Shown in pieces: positions 18,675 to 29,826 of a DNA stretch of 64,000 bases. The notes below the pieces were generated by a model, which did no database searches, was not told where the DNA came from, and saw only the letters and a list, made by a program, of their open reading frames with translations. Numbering within the stretch: position 1 is the first letter of the stretch; every line of letters starts with the position of its first letter. Origin of the DNA: Minisyncoccia bacterium (lineage in GTDB: Bacteria; Patescibacteriota; Minisyncoccia; SW-4-49-11); assembly GCA_044356325.1 (NCBI GenBank), contig JBIKWJ010000001.1, positions 56,305 through 120,304 of the forward strand, written 5' to 3'. The translations under genes and the position numbers were made by a program.

Positions 18675-18805
18675 AGCTCAGTCCACACCCGTCACTTCGT
18701 GCCACCCTCGCCAGCGAGGCCTGCCTGCGGTAGGCAGGGACAGTTATTTATGTCCTCCCTTGGGGGAGGTGTCCCTCCCATATTAATATGGGAGGGACGG
18801 AGGAG
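18675..18805. repeat. Palindromic repeat element B
   Basis: Reverse-complement homolog of about 52662-52783, with an extra 19-bp palindrome at 18720-18738. Confidence 0.8.
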
Positions 18806-18878
18806 AATAATGAAATTATTTACAATATACTCTTTTTGTGATATAAATTGGTAGTTGTCTACCCTTGAGGTGGTTTCA

Positions 18879-19115
18879 ATGTCTAAGATTATAGTCTTTA
18901 AGATCCTGTGTATTTCACCTTACCAGATTTATGTCTTTATCAAGAGTCTTACAGATACTGTTGATGAACCTTTAAAAATTGATATTGATCCAAGTGATGG
19001 AGAATTAAGATTTTTCACAGCCCTTCAAACAATTATTGACGATACAGATATTCCTCTAGATATACGACTACAGGCGGAAGCAATGTATGACTCTGAATTT
19101 CTCAGGCATTGCTAA
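18879..19115 (+). CDS. Small hypothetical protein
   Basis: GAGGTG Shine-Dalgarno before ATG 18879; terminator follows. Confidence 0.55.
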   Translation: MSKIIVFKILCISPYQIYVFIKSLTDTVDEPLKIDIDPSDGELRFFTALQTIIDDTDIPLDIRLQAEAMYDSEFLRHC

Positions 19116-19145
19116 CACCCCAATCACTTCCATCAAAAACAATCC

Positions 19146-19170
19146 CCAGCCCCTAAGGGCTGGTTTTTTT
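19146..19170 (+). terminator. Rho-independent terminator
   Basis: CCAGCCC-CTAA-GGGCTGG followed by T7. Confidence 0.75.
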
Positions 19171-19199
19171 CACAGAGGAAACCTTCAGTTGCTTGTATA

Positions 19200-19802
19200 T
19201 TATTTCCTATTCTGAAAAGCAGCGATGAGGGTGTCTTGATCAACATATTCGAGCAAGGTGCCATTGGCAAGTCCCCTACCGAGGCTACTGATATTACCTT
19301 TGAATGATTTGAGTTGTTGGCGAATATATTGGGCGGTTCTATCTCCTTGTGCGGTGGGGCTAGTGGCGATAATAATATCTTGTATATCCTCTGTCTTCAT
19401 CCTCTTTAATAATTCTGGTATATGCAAATCTTCTGGTTGTGATCCTTTGAGTGGGTCTATTACTCCTCCGAGCACATGATAGCGTCCATGAAACACTTCT
19501 ATTCTCTCTATTTGCAATATATCTTCAGCATATTCTATAATACAAATACTGCCTATATCCCTTACACTATTGCTACAAATAGAGCATATATCCCCTTCTG
19601 AGGTATTAAAACAAATTTGGCATTGTTTGATTAATGACTTAATATTATGAATTTCTTTGGCCAATTTAGTAAGATATGTCTGCTCTTGATTAATAAGCCA
19701 ATAGGCATAGCGGGTAGCAGTTTTGCGACCTACTCCTGGTAATTGACGAATATCTTCTATTAACTCCTTGACTGATTCAGGAGGTGTTATTTTACGATTC
19801 AT
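19200..19802 (-). CDS. recR: Recombination mediator RecR
   Basis: LPGVGRKTA HhH, C4 zinc finger, YHVLGG Toprim. Confidence 0.96.
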   Translation of the reverse strand: MNRKITPPESVKELIEDIRQLPGVGRKTATRYAYWLINQEQTYLTKLAKEIHNIKSLIKQCQICFNTSEGDICSICSNSVRDIGSICIIEYAEDILQIERIEVFHGRYHVLGGVIDPLKGSQPEDLHIPELLKRMKTEDIQDIIIATSPTAQGDRTAQYIRQQLKSFKGNISSLGRGLANGTLLEYVDQDTLIAAFQNRK

Positions 19803-19804
19803 AT

Positions 19805-21202
19805 TTATTCATTGTTGTTGTTTTGCTGATGGCGATAGTCAAGATTAATAAAGGTTGCATATTCTTTTTTGAATCCTAAGGTTACTTTTCCAATAGGTCC
19901 ATTTCGCTGTTTGGCTATATGAATTTCAGCTATACCTTTACGCTCTGTATCAGGGTTTTCCCGCTCTTCACGATAAATGAATAATACCACATCGGCATCT
20001 TGCTCAATAGATCCTGATTCTCTAAGGTCAGATAATCTTGGGATTTGTGGAGAGCGGCTTTCTACCGAACGAGATAACTGGGACAGGGCTACAACGGGGA
20101 CATTGAATTCTCGGGCAAGAGACTTCAGGGATCGAGAAATTTCGGATACTTGCTGTACCATATTGTCATTCTTGACACTAGATTCCATCAATTGAAGATA
20201 ATCTACCACTACAAGTCCTAACTCATCTACTTCGGCGAGAATTCTTCGCAATATAGCTCTCATTTTCATAACACTACTTCCTGGGCTATCTTCTATGAAT
20301 AGCTGAGACTTTGATAGAGAGTCAAGAGCTGGAGCTAATTGTTCAAAATCTTGAGGATGAAGTTTTCCTGTTTTCATCTTGAATAAATCTACGCGAGCCT
20401 CGGAGCTAATAAGTCTATCCACTACTTCTTCTTTTGACATTTCAAGACTAAAGAATACCGCTCCTTTACCAGAAGTAATAGCTACATTTTTTATAATTTC
20501 TAGAGCAAGAGAGGTTTTTCCTACCGATGGTCGAGCAGCTAGAATAACAAGATTAGAAGGTTGTAATCCTCCAAGAGCATTATCGAGAGCATCAAAGCCT
20601 GTCTTGACTCCCTTCATCCCAATTCCATTATTATGGACATCATCAATACGGTCAAAAGCATCGTGAAGAGCATCACTCATTTTGACATATTCCTGCTTTA
20701 CCACTTTTTGAGCTACACTAAATACTGCCTGTTCTGCCTGATCAAGAACATGATCAATTTCTTGTGTTTCATCAAATCCGAGTTCTACAATTGAGGAACC
20801 AACCGCAATCAGACGTCTTAATGTTGATTTATGCTTTACGGTATAGGCATAATGTTCAATATGAGCTGAGGATGGTACTAAATCTACAAGATGAGCTAAG
20901 TATTCCTCACCCCCAACTTTATCTAATTCTCCAATTAATTCTAATTTATGGCTAACTGTTAATAAATCTATAGGTTCTTTGCGATTAAATAATTCAATCA
21001 TCATCTGATAGATAGTCCCATTTTTCTCATGATAAAAATCATCTTGAACAAGAATATCTACAATTTTAATCAAAGAATCTGATTCTATTAAAATTGCACC
21101 CAAAACTGATTCCTCCATATCCACTGCTTGCGGAGGAATTTTATTATGAAGTACTGGCTTTTTATCTTCATATTTCTTTGCTGATTTTTGTATAGCTGCC
21201 AT
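19805..21202 (-). CDS. dnaB: Replicative DNA helicase
   Basis: AARPSVGKT, SLEMS, DYLQL and LRESGSIEQDAD motifs. Confidence 0.98.
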   Translation of the reverse strand: MAAIQKSAKKYEDKKPVLHNKIPPQAVDMEESVLGAILIESDSLIKIVDILVQDDFYHEKNGTIYQMMIELFNRKEPIDLLTVSHKLELIGELDKVGGEEYLAHLVDLVPSSAHIEHYAYTVKHKSTLRRLIAVGSSIVELGFDETQEIDHVLDQAEQAVFSVAQKVVKQEYVKMSDALHDAFDRIDDVHNNGIGMKGVKTGFDALDNALGGLQPSNLVILAARPSVGKTSLALEIIKNVAITSGKGAVFFSLEMSKEEVVDRLISSEARVDLFKMKTGKLHPQDFEQLAPALDSLSKSQLFIEDSPGSSVMKMRAILRRILAEVDELGLVVVDYLQLMESSVKNDNMVQQVSEISRSLKSLAREFNVPVVALSQLSRSVESRSPQIPRLSDLRESGSIEQDADVVLFIYREERENPDTERKGIAEIHIAKQRNGPIGKVTLGFKKEYATFINLDYRHQQNNNNE

Positions 21203-21207
21203 AATAT

Positions 21208-22893
21208 CTACATTTCATCTAAAGGCTCTATTGTCAAAAGATTTAATCCTTGTTTTAATATACCATTTACTCGCTCTAATAGATATAAGCGATTATTTTT
21301 TATTTTCTCATCGCTTTCTTTCAAAATAGGGGTCGAATGATAATAAGAATTCAATAATTCTGCTAATTCATACAAATAATGAGCAATATGAGATGGATCA
21401 TATTCTCGAGCTGAATAATCTCTGATTTCACTAAATTTAGCTAATTTGATAATGATTTGACCTTCAATATCATTAAACTGTACTCCTTCCTCATAATAAT
21501 ATGGGTTAGCTTTTTTTAATATGGAATTAATTCGAGCATACGCATACAGAATATAGGGCCCAGTTTTACCTGTTAGGCTAATGGAGGATGAAATATCAAA
21601 GACTATATCTTTTTTGGTAGAAATTGCTAAAATATAATAGATATAGCTAGCTCGAGCAATAAGCTCAATACGACGAGTTTGTTCTTCTTCTGATAATACA
21701 CTGTCTTTAAAATAGATTTCTCTTACATTATCTTCTATCTCAGCAATAAGCGGGTCTGCATTGACTATAGTCCCCTTTCTAGAACTCATTTTACCCTCTG
21801 GAAGCCTGAATAGTCCATATCCAATATGATATAGCCCTTCTTGTTTTATTCCAAGCTGTTTAGCTATTGCAAAATTTTGCTGGAATTGAAGATTTTGTGA
21901 GAAATCGGTAATATAAATAATCTTATCAGCCCCATAACATTTTGACTTCTCTGAAAGTCTATATTGTAATAAAAATAAATCTTGAGTAATATAAAGAGCA
22001 GTCCCCTGGGAACGTAAAACAATTTTATTCGGTAATCCAAATTCTTCTAAATCCGCATAAATATAACCATCTGTTGGATGTTTTTTGAATACACCTCGAG
22101 CAAGACCATCTTGAACAATATCTTTACCTTGTTTATAAATGTCTGATTCATATATGTCTTCGTCAAAAGAAGTTCCTAGTTTGCGATAGGTTATTTGCTG
22201 TCCTTCTATGACCCAGTTTCTCAGCTTAAGCCAAATATCATACCAATATGTATCTCCTGATTCCCATTTGCTTAATATTTCTTGTGCTTCATCGATAAAT
22301 TCAGGGTTTTCCTCTAGTTTATTCTCAAATTCAATATACAAATCTCCTGCATAATGATCAGATTTACCAGTTGGGATTTCATCCTTATGAAATTTATCAT
22401 AAATCAGCATCATTTTGGCAACCGCAATACCTCTATCATTAATGATTTCCGTTTTAATAACTTGATGCCCCTCGGAAGATAGAATTCTATATAATGATTC
22501 CCCTAAAGCAATATTACGAATATGTCCTAAATGAAGAGGTTTATTGGTATTAGGTGAGGCAAATTCAAGGGCAATTTTTTTCTTAGTAGTTGCTTGTGTA
22601 AGTAAGTTGTCCCCCACATGCCACACTAAATATTCTAATTTAATAGTGATATTGACATAGGCATTTACTATGGTAACAGATTTTATATACTCTATATCTT
22701 TGAGTTTTTCTTGTAACTCAATAGCTATATCTTGAGGTGATTTTTTGAGAATTTTGGCAAAAGCAAAACAAGGAATAGCTAAATGCCCAAATTGAGAATC
22801 AGGATATTCAAACTCAATTCTGATATCCTCATCTATTAGTAAAAATACTCGGATTTGCTTTTCTAAATCCTCTCTAATCTTCTGTAACTGCAT
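21208..22893 (-). CDS. argS: Arginine--tRNA ligase
   Basis: SPNTNKPLHLGH, KMSSRKG and GPYILYAYARI motifs. Confidence 0.96.
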   Translation of the reverse strand: MQLQKIREDLEKQIRVFLLIDEDIRIEFEYPDSQFGHLAIPCFAFAKILKKSPQDIAIELQEKLKDIEYIKSVTIVNAYVNITIKLEYLVWHVGDNLLTQATTKKKIALEFASPNTNKPLHLGHIRNIALGESLYRILSSEGHQVIKTEIINDRGIAVAKMMLIYDKFHKDEIPTGKSDHYAGDLYIEFENKLEENPEFIDEAQEILSKWESGDTYWYDIWLKLRNWVIEGQQITYRKLGTSFDEDIYESDIYKQGKDIVQDGLARGVFKKHPTDGYIYADLEEFGLPNKIVLRSQGTALYITQDLFLLQYRLSEKSKCYGADKIIYITDFSQNLQFQQNFAIAKQLGIKQEGLYHIGYGLFRLPEGKMSSRKGTIVNADPLIAEIEDNVREIYFKDSVLSEEEQTRRIELIARASYIYYILAISTKKDIVFDISSSISLTGKTGPYILYAYARINSILKKANPYYYEEGVQFNDIEGQIIIKLAKFSEIRDYSAREYDPSHIAHYLYELAELLNSYYHSTPILKESDEKIKNNRLYLLERVNGILKQGLNLLTIEPLDEM

Positions 22894-22896
22894 ATT

Positions 22897-23985
22897 TTAA
22901 AATAGCTTGATAATATCTTTGACTGTAACCAATAACATTAATAACAATAGAATACTATATCCGACTAGATGAAATCTATTCTCCACTGCTTGGCTCATAG
23001 GAGATTTTTTAATCCACTCTATAATTACAAATACGATTCTCCCTCCATCAAGAGCCGGTATAGGCAATATATTGAATAATGCTAAACTGGTACTAATAAG
23101 CCCTATAAAGGTAATTATATAAGTAAGTCCCAAATCTTGAAAATCTCCTACAACTTGTACGAGTCCCACTGGGCCCGTAACCTCTGCCCCTGGTGGAAGT
23201 GGGGCTCTCGTGAATATACTTGCTATCATTTGTCCAAGCATAGAAAGAGTGGTAATGACAATAACATAAATTCTTACAAAAGCTAATTTGAATGATTCAA
23301 AAAATGATAATTTTTGTAATCCAGTGAGTTCAATAGTAATACCGGTAGCACCCTCTCCTTTTGGAGGATTTTCTCGAGGGGTGATATTTTTGGTAATAGT
23401 CTCTGACCCACGACTTATAACAATATCTATAGATTTACCAGCATTGGCATTAATAATATCTGAAACTTCTGATTGAGTTACAACTTTAATACCATTTACG
23501 GATTGAATTTCATCTCCAAATCTCAAACCAGCTTTTTTTGCTGGGGAGTCTTCAGCTACACTAGTAATAAGTGTTGTGATATTACTATATTTGCCAGAAT
23601 TTATATCAGATTTATCAATTTGTACTTGAGTTCCGAGCATACCCACAATAGTAAAAGCAACTACTGCAATAATAATATTCATTATTACTCCCGCTGAGAG
23701 AATAGCAATTCTTTGCCATGGTTTTTTGGATGCAAATGACTGAGGATTATCTCTATTATCCCCCTCTTCTCCTAATAATTTTACATAACCGCCTATAGGA
23801 AGTGCATTAATATTGTATTCTGTGTCACTGTTCTTCGGCTTAAATCCCCAAATTTTAGGAGGCAGTCCAAATCCAAATTCTTCTACCTTAACTCCATTCC
23901 AGCGAGCTACAATAAAATGTCCAAATTCATGACCAATGATTACGATTACGAGTATTCCAAAAAATAATAAAAGTGTTATGAGCAT
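22897..23985 (-). CDS. rseP: RIP metalloprotease with PDZ domain
   Basis: HEFGH, PDZ domain, NILPIPALDGG. Confidence 0.95.
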   Translation of the reverse strand: MLITLLLFFGILVIVIIGHEFGHFIVARWNGVKVEEFGFGLPPKIWGFKPKNSDTEYNINALPIGGYVKLLGEEGDNRDNPQSFASKKPWQRIAILSAGVIMNIIIAVVAFTIVGMLGTQVQIDKSDINSGKYSNITTLITSVAEDSPAKKAGLRFGDEIQSVNGIKVVTQSEVSDIINANAGKSIDIVISRGSETITKNITPRENPPKGEGATGITIELTGLQKLSFFESFKLAFVRIYVIVITTLSMLGQMIASIFTRAPLPPGAEVTGPVGLVQVVGDFQDLGLTYIITFIGLISTSLALFNILPIPALDGGRIVFVIIEWIKKSPMSQAVENRFHLVGYSILLLLMLLVTVKDIIKLF

Positions 23986-23986
23986 A

Positions 23987-24541
23987 TTAAATAGTTAAAA
24001 TTTGTTGTTCTTTTTTCTTAGATATTGTTTCTAATTCAGCTTGATACTCTTTGGTATATGTATCAATTTGTTCAAAGTCTTTATATTGTTCATCCTCAGA
24101 AATTTCTTTATTTTTCAGTTGATTTTTGACTGTATTGCGAGCTTCATCTCTTACTTGCCTTAAGGCTGTCTTGAATTCTTCTGCCTTATGATTTAATTCT
24201 TTGACAAGAGCAAGTCGTCGCTCTTCAGTGGGTACAGGAATTACAAGCCTAACTCCTGCACTCTCAGAAATAGGATTAAGTCCTAAATGAGTAGCTTGCT
24301 GTATAGCTTTTTCAATTCCTGCAATACTTGATTTATCCCATGGACTGATCAAAATAACTCTTGGCTCTGGTATACTGATTGAGGCAATTTGTTTGATAGG
24401 GGTAGGGGTTCCATAATAATCAACAGTAATACTATCAATCAAATCAATACTAGCTTCTCCCGTACGCAATGATTGTATATCTTTTTGAAATGCTTCAATG
24501 GTTTTTTGGAATTGTTGTTTAATCTCTGGAGTATTTAGCAT
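23987..24541 (-). CDS. frr: Ribosome recycling factor
   Basis: LRTG, YYGTPTPI and TEERR motifs. Confidence 0.95.
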   Translation of the reverse strand: MLNTPEIKQQFQKTIEAFQKDIQSLRTGEASIDLIDSITVDYYGTPTPIKQIASISIPEPRVILISPWDKSSIAGIEKAIQQATHLGLNPISESAGVRLVIPVPTEERRLALVKELNHKAEEFKTALRQVRDEARNTVKNQLKNKEISEDEQYKDFEQIDTYTKEYQAELETISKKKEQQILTI

Positions 24542-24548
24542 ATATATC

Positions 24549-25628
24549 TTAATTAGTTCCTAAATATAGTATATCACTTTTTTCTTTATCTATTAAGAGA
24601 GTAGATATATTCTTGATAGTGGAGGACAAATCACTCGTATTCCAACTCTCTCCTCTATTAGAGGATGTATATAATACAGATCCCACAGTATAATATATCA
24701 CATTAGAGTTGGAGCTACTTATAGAAATATTATTTACTGGTAAAGATAGGTTTGGAGTAAGTATACGAATATTTTCCCATGTTTTTCCGAAATCTCGGGT
24801 TCTAATTAATTCTCCCGTACTACCAATATATATTTCTTTTGAGTCACTCGGGTTTATTGCAAATGAGGTGATTTGAGATCCTGTGACGGCTCTTTCTCTC
24901 AGTTTTGGAGTAGAAGCTTCAAAAGTAAATCCTCCATCTTGGCTTACAAATAATTGAGTAAGTCCAATAGCTGAGATAATATCTGGATTATTTTGATCTA
25001 GAGAAAGGCCTAATGTTGTATCCTTAAAATTATATGCCAAAACCCAATCTAATCCTTTATTATAAGACTTTAACAATACTCCACTTGATAATAATCCATA
25101 GACAATATTATCATTTTTAGGATTTACCCGAATTGACACAAAAGCTGTACCACTTTTAGGCTCAGTATATGCTTCTGGCCAACTGGCGTCTTTAGATCCA
25201 TTTGTAGTTCTATATAATCTCGCTCTTTTTGAAGTAATAGCTCCAATATATATATCATTACTATTATTAGGATTTACTGCAAATGTATTCCCAATAACTG
25301 GTGAATTAAATACAATATCCCAACTTTCTCCCCAATTAGAACTTTTAAATAGTCCTCCTGTATTAGTGAAGGCAAAAATATCATTTCCAGCACCATATTT
25401 GAGGTCTATAGCATTACGGCTAAGATTAATTTTATTATCTCCATTTACTTTCGATATCGGATCAAATGTACGACCTCCATCAATAGATTTCCATACTGCT
25501 CCTGTTACCCGAGCTTGTGAATTATTATTTGAGGAAGGAATAGAAATAGGAGAAGAATTATTCAAAATAATTCCTGCTACAATTAATATCCCGACAAGTA
25601 TAGTAAGTGGTATAATTAAAACCTTCAT
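24549..25628 (-). CDS. Exported BNR/Asp-box beta-propeller protein
   Basis: Repeated SxDGGxTF/W motifs; N-terminal anchor. Confidence 0.8.
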   Translation of the reverse strand: MKVLIIPLTILVGILIVAGIILNNSSPISIPSSNNNSQARVTGAVWKSIDGGRTFDPISKVNGDNKINLSRNAIDLKYGAGNDIFAFTNTGGLFKSSNWGESWDIVFNSPVIGNTFAVNPNNSNDIYIGAITSKRARLYRTTNGSKDASWPEAYTEPKSGTAFVSIRVNPKNDNIVYGLLSSGVLLKSYNKGLDWVLAYNFKDTTLGLSLDQNNPDIISAIGLTQLFVSQDGGFTFEASTPKLRERAVTGSQITSFAINPSDSKEIYIGSTGELIRTRDFGKTWENIRILTPNLSLPVNNISISSSNSNVIYYTVGSVLYTSSNRGESWNTSDLSSTIKNISTLLIDKEKSDILYLGTN

Positions 25629-25631
25629 ATA

Positions 25632-26474
25632 TTAAGGGTGTATAGATAATAGAAATTGCTCAATTGCAAGGGTGTTTTTTCGATTACTAAATAATAATGT
25701 TTTTTTCAAAGTATCTAATTCTTTCAATGCAGTATAATGCCATTCTAGAGAGTTTATGGTAATAATTTTATCTAACAATTCTCTCAAAGATTCGGATAAT
25801 CTAATATTAGTATATCGTGTCTTATCCGTAGTTGCAAGTATACATAACCAATGAATACTTTCCCAGATGAATATTACTAATTCTATAGGATACTGATCAA
25901 TATCCTGAGTAAATGCAAATATTTCTAATGATTCTTTTTGAAGTATACCGATATAAGATATCCACAAATTATCTATAAGCTGTTTTAATTCGATATTTTG
26001 CTCTATTTCTAAGACTAAATCTCTATGCCCTAAATATATATCTTTTGCGATATCATTATCTATATATACCGATAAACATCGAGAATATATCGTTGGTAAT
26101 AATTGATGATATACACCTAAAAGAATAATAATACTATGTTCTCCTGGCTCTTCAATTAATTTTAATAATGCATTCTGTGCTTCTTTATTCAAAAAGTCAG
26201 CATCTTCAATAACACAAAAGCTATATTTACCGTATAAAGGTGAATTATAGATATTTTGCTTTATACTCTGTATATCCTTTAGACCTAAACTTGATGAAAC
26301 CGGAGATTTAGAAACCCAGGTAATATCGGGCGAGTTGAGAGGGATATAATGTTGTATAATATCTTGTGTAAGAGATTTTTGTCCAGATTTATAACCACCC
26401 TCAATCAAAAAGGTTTGACTATGATGATTATCAATATGTTCAAATATAAGGTTTTTTGCTTGATTATATATCAT
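25632..26474 (-). CDS. holB: DNA polymerase III delta-prime subunit-like
   Basis: AQNALLKLIEEP and LLPTIYSRC motifs. Confidence 0.8.
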   Translation of the reverse strand: MIYNQAKNLIFEHIDNHHSQTFLIEGGYKSGQKSLTQDIIQHYIPLNSPDITWVSKSPVSSSLGLKDIQSIKQNIYNSPLYGKYSFCVIEDADFLNKEAQNALLKLIEEPGEHSIIILLGVYHQLLPTIYSRCLSVYIDNDIAKDIYLGHRDLVLEIEQNIELKQLIDNLWISYIGILQKESLEIFAFTQDIDQYPIELVIFIWESIHWLCILATTDKTRYTNIRLSESLRELLDKIITINSLEWHYTALKELDTLKKTLLFSNRKNTLAIEQFLLSIHP

Positions 26475-27585
26475 TGTTATGAGTAGTCGTAACGGTATTA
26501 ATATATGTTTTTATCTCTTCAATAAATCGTTTGGTGCTGAATTTCTCTGCATGACAACGAATAAAGGCTGTATCATAGGTTTTTTCTGTAACTCTTCGTA
26601 CTCCATCTGCTAATAACTCTACTATTGGAGCATCAAAAAATTCTCCTGTCTTACCCTCGATAATAGTCTCCAAAGCTCCCCCTTCTCGGAGGGCCAATAC
26701 GGGTTTTCCTGCTGCCATTGCTTCAACAGGAGCAATACCAAAATCATCGGATCCCGCAAAAATAAATCCTCGACAATTTTGATAATATTCTACCGTAGTC
26801 TCATCATCCAAAAATCCTTTTATCTCTACATTTGATTCGGCTAATTTTTCTAATCTTTGGCGTTCTGGACCATCCCCAATAATTATAAGCGGAATTTTTA
26901 ATTTGTTAAAAGCTTCTACTGCAATATCTATATTTTTGTAAGGAGTTAATTGGGAAACAATAAGAAAATAATCTTTATGTGATTTTGTGGCTTTAATTCT
27001 ATTCACATCTACCGGGGGATAAATTACTACTGAGTCTTTGCGATAGTACTTTTTGATACGCGATTGAGTGAGTTTAGAATTTGCAATAAAATAATCTACT
27101 CTGTCAGCCGCCTGTCTATCCCATTGACGTAAATAATGAGTTAAAAGGAGAATTAAAAAATTTCCCATATTTCCTTTTTCTTGTTGTTTACGATAAGAAT
27201 GAAAAGCATTCCAAATAAAGGTGGATGGTGCATGGCAATAGGAGATATGGATAGCCTGAGGCTTGGTAATTACTCCTTTTGCAAAAGAATTAGAACTTGA
27301 GATAATAAGATCATATTGACTTAAATCAAATGACTCCACAGCAGATGGCAAAAAAGGAGCCAAAAATTTCACTCTTGACGTTAACCAGTTAGGAAAATTA
27401 TTGACAAAACTGGTATACACCTTATCAGGTGGAAATACCTCCCCTACTTTAGCCTCATTATATAATAAGGTATATATATCTGCTTCAGGGTATATATCTG
27501 ATATATGTTTTAATACTCGCTCAGCTCCTCCAAGACGAGTTAGATATTCGTGAATTAAAACGATTTTATTTTTCTTTTTACTCAT
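26464..27585 (-). CDS. GT4 glycosyltransferase
   Basis: GGAERVL and DDFGIAPVEAMAAGKPV motifs. Confidence 0.92.
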   Translation of the reverse strand: MSKKKNKIVLIHEYLTRLGGAERVLKHISDIYPEADIYTLLYNEAKVGEVFPPDKVYTSFVNNFPNWLTSRVKFLAPFLPSAVESFDLSQYDLIISSSNSFAKGVITKPQAIHISYCHAPSTFIWNAFHSYRKQQEKGNMGNFLILLLTHYLRQWDRQAADRVDYFIANSKLTQSRIKKYYRKDSVVIYPPVDVNRIKATKSHKDYFLIVSQLTPYKNIDIAVEAFNKLKIPLIIIGDGPERQRLEKLAESNVEIKGFLDDETTVEYYQNCRGFIFAGSDDFGIAPVEAMAAGKPVLALREGGALETIIEGKTGEFFDAPIVELLADGVRRVTEKTYDTAFIRCHAEKFSTKRFIEEIKTYINTVTTTHNNDI

Positions 27586-27586
27586 A

Positions 27587-29062
27587 CTATTTTTCTCTCT
27601 TCATTAATGGGAAGGCGGTAGTTTCTCGAATTGGTTTTTGCATCAAGACACTAAATAATCTCTCAGAATAAGCAAATCCACAAGTTGGAGGAATTCCATA
27701 TTCTAAAGCCTCTACAAAATCTCTATCTATCATCATAGCTTCATCATCTCCCTGCTCTCTCAGATCTTGTTGTTCCTCAAATCGAGCCAATTGATCAACT
27801 GGATCATTGAGCTCTGCAAATCCATTGGTTAATTCAGAGCCATAGGCTATAAGTTGAGCTCTAAAAGTTTGATCTGTATTTTCATGTTTTCGTTTAGCTA
27901 GCGGAGACAATGCTACAGGGTGATCCGTAAGCCAAACAGGCTCTATACATTTTGGTCGAGCGGTTTTTTTATAAATCAAATCAACTAATCTTCCATATCC
28001 ATCTGTTTTATTATAATGTAATCCTAAATCATCAGCTAATGCTCGTAATTTTTCTACCGTATCATATTCTTGCAATGAGATATTAGCAAATTTCTCTACA
28101 AATGCATAATAGGATAAGCGTGGCCAATTACCACTCCAATCAATAATCTTATCTTTATATGTTAATTCTAAAGTATCAAAAGTATTTTGAATTACATATT
28201 TAATTAATTGTTCAGAAAATTGCAACATTTTCTCAAAATCTAAATAGGCCCAATAAAATTCAAATTGAGTATATTCTTGTAAATGCTCATCATCTATACC
28301 TTCATTACGATAATTTTTATCTATATCGAATACTCTCTCAAATCCTCCTGCAATATATCGTTTTAAGAATAATTCTGAACTAATTCTGAGATAAAAATCC
28401 TCATCTAAAGCATTATGATGAGTTGAGAATGGAGTCGCCTCAGCTCCGCCTGTAGTATGCTCAAGGGTTGGAGCTTGTAATTCCAAAAAATCATACCGCA
28501 ACATATATTCTCTTGTTGCTTGCCAGAATTTGCTTTTCTTTCTAAATATCTCTCTGACTTCAGGATGAAGTTTCATATCAATATATCTTTTACGATATTT
28601 TATTTCTATATCATCTAATTGCTCAGGAAGAGACCGTAAGGATTTAGTCAATATCCGATATTCAGACACAAAAACACTAGGCTCCCCTCTTTGAGATAAA
28701 TCTAATATTCCCGTAACTTGAATATAATCTCCTCTATCTACCAATTCCTTAAAATCCTCAAATATTAATGAGCTTGATTCTAATAAATCAGATTTAAAAA
28801 TAAATTGAAACCCCTCAGGTAAAGAATCATCCTCTACCGTAGTGAATCCAATTTTTCCTGATAACCGTAATGATTTGATATATCCTGCTACCGTCACACC
28901 TGTACCTTTGAGAGCTTCAAATTTTTCACTTAATTCTCGCAAAGTCATATCTCTTTTGACCTGTTCAGTATAAGGATTATTGCCCTTAATTTGCAATAAT
29001 TTAGATTTTTCTATACGATTATTACGCTCAACTTCAATAGCTGTAAGTGTAGAATTTACCAT
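27587..29062 (-). CDS. lysS: Lysine--tRNA ligase (class II)
   Basis: GGAEATPFSTHHNAL, YLRISSEL, RNEGID and ELNDP motifs. Confidence 0.96.
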   Translation of the reverse strand: MVNSTLTAIEVERNNRIEKSKLLQIKGNNPYTEQVKRDMTLRELSEKFEALKGTGVTVAGYIKSLRLSGKIGFTTVEDDSLPEGFQFIFKSDLLESSSLIFEDFKELVDRGDYIQVTGILDLSQRGEPSVFVSEYRILTKSLRSLPEQLDDIEIKYRKRYIDMKLHPEVREIFRKKSKFWQATREYMLRYDFLELQAPTLEHTTGGAEATPFSTHHNALDEDFYLRISSELFLKRYIAGGFERVFDIDKNYRNEGIDDEHLQEYTQFEFYWAYLDFEKMLQFSEQLIKYVIQNTFDTLELTYKDKIIDWSGNWPRLSYYAFVEKFANISLQEYDTVEKLRALADDLGLHYNKTDGYGRLVDLIYKKTARPKCIEPVWLTDHPVALSPLAKRKHENTDQTFRAQLIAYGSELTNGFAELNDPVDQLARFEEQQDLREQGDDEAMMIDRDFVEALEYGIPPTCGFAYSERLFSVLMQKPIRETTAFPLMKREK

Positions 29063-29063
29063 A

Positions 29064-29825
29064 TTATAATTGTGTTAATATTTCGGCTCCATTATCTGTG
29101 ACCAAAACAGTATGCTCAAAGTGAGCGGACAGAGACCCATCATCAGTATATACCGTCCAACCATCATCAGCATCAGTAAACACATCATCCGACCCAATAT
29201 TAATCATTGGCTCAATTGCAATAGTAAGCCCTGATATTAATTTCACTCCTGTTCCTGGCCTTCCATAATTTGGAATATTAGGCTCTTCATGAAGACTATG
29301 CCCCACTCCATGTCCAGCATAATCTTTCACAAGACCATATCCAAATTGATTAATATATGACTCTACCGTATAACCAATATCTCCTGTTGTTGCTCCGGCC
29401 TTAACGGCTTTAATTGCTTTATGTAAAGATTTTTTGGTTCTTTCCAATAATAATCTTGACTTTTCTGGTAATTCTCCCATACCAAATGAAATAGCACTAT
29501 CTACCACAAGCCCCTGATACCTTAACCCACAATCTAAGGAAACAATATCCCCTTCTTGTACAATAGTATTAGTATTAGGAACTCCATGAATAACTGCATC
29601 ATTGAGAGAAACACAAATAACTCCAGTAAACCCATGATATCCTAAGAATACCGACTCTACTTTCTTTTTATCAAAAAATTCTCGTGTATATATATCAATT
29701 TCATGAGTACTAATACCTGGCTTTATTTTTTCTTCTTGTAGCCATATCAAAGTCTCAGCAAGGATTTTGCCTCCTTGCCTCATTGATTCTATTTCAATGG
29801 GAGTTTTAGAGTGTAACTGTGACAT
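29064..29825 (-). CDS. map: Methionine aminopeptidase type I
   Basis: HGVP, GHGVG..LHEEP, AIEPM and SAHFEHT motifs. Start moved to MSQLH. Confidence 0.95.
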   Translation of the reverse strand: MSQLHSKTPIEIESMRQGGKILAETLIWLQEEKIKPGISTHEIDIYTREFFDKKKVESVFLGYHGFTGVICVSLNDAVIHGVPNTNTIVQEGDIVSLDCGLRYQGLVVDSAISFGMGELPEKSRLLLERTKKSLHKAIKAVKAGATTGDIGYTVESYINQFGYGLVKDYAGHGVGHSLHEEPNIPNYGRPGTGVKLISGLTIAIEPMINIGSDDVFTDADDGWTVYTDDGSLSAHFEHTVLVTDNGAEILTQL

Positions 29826-29826
29826 A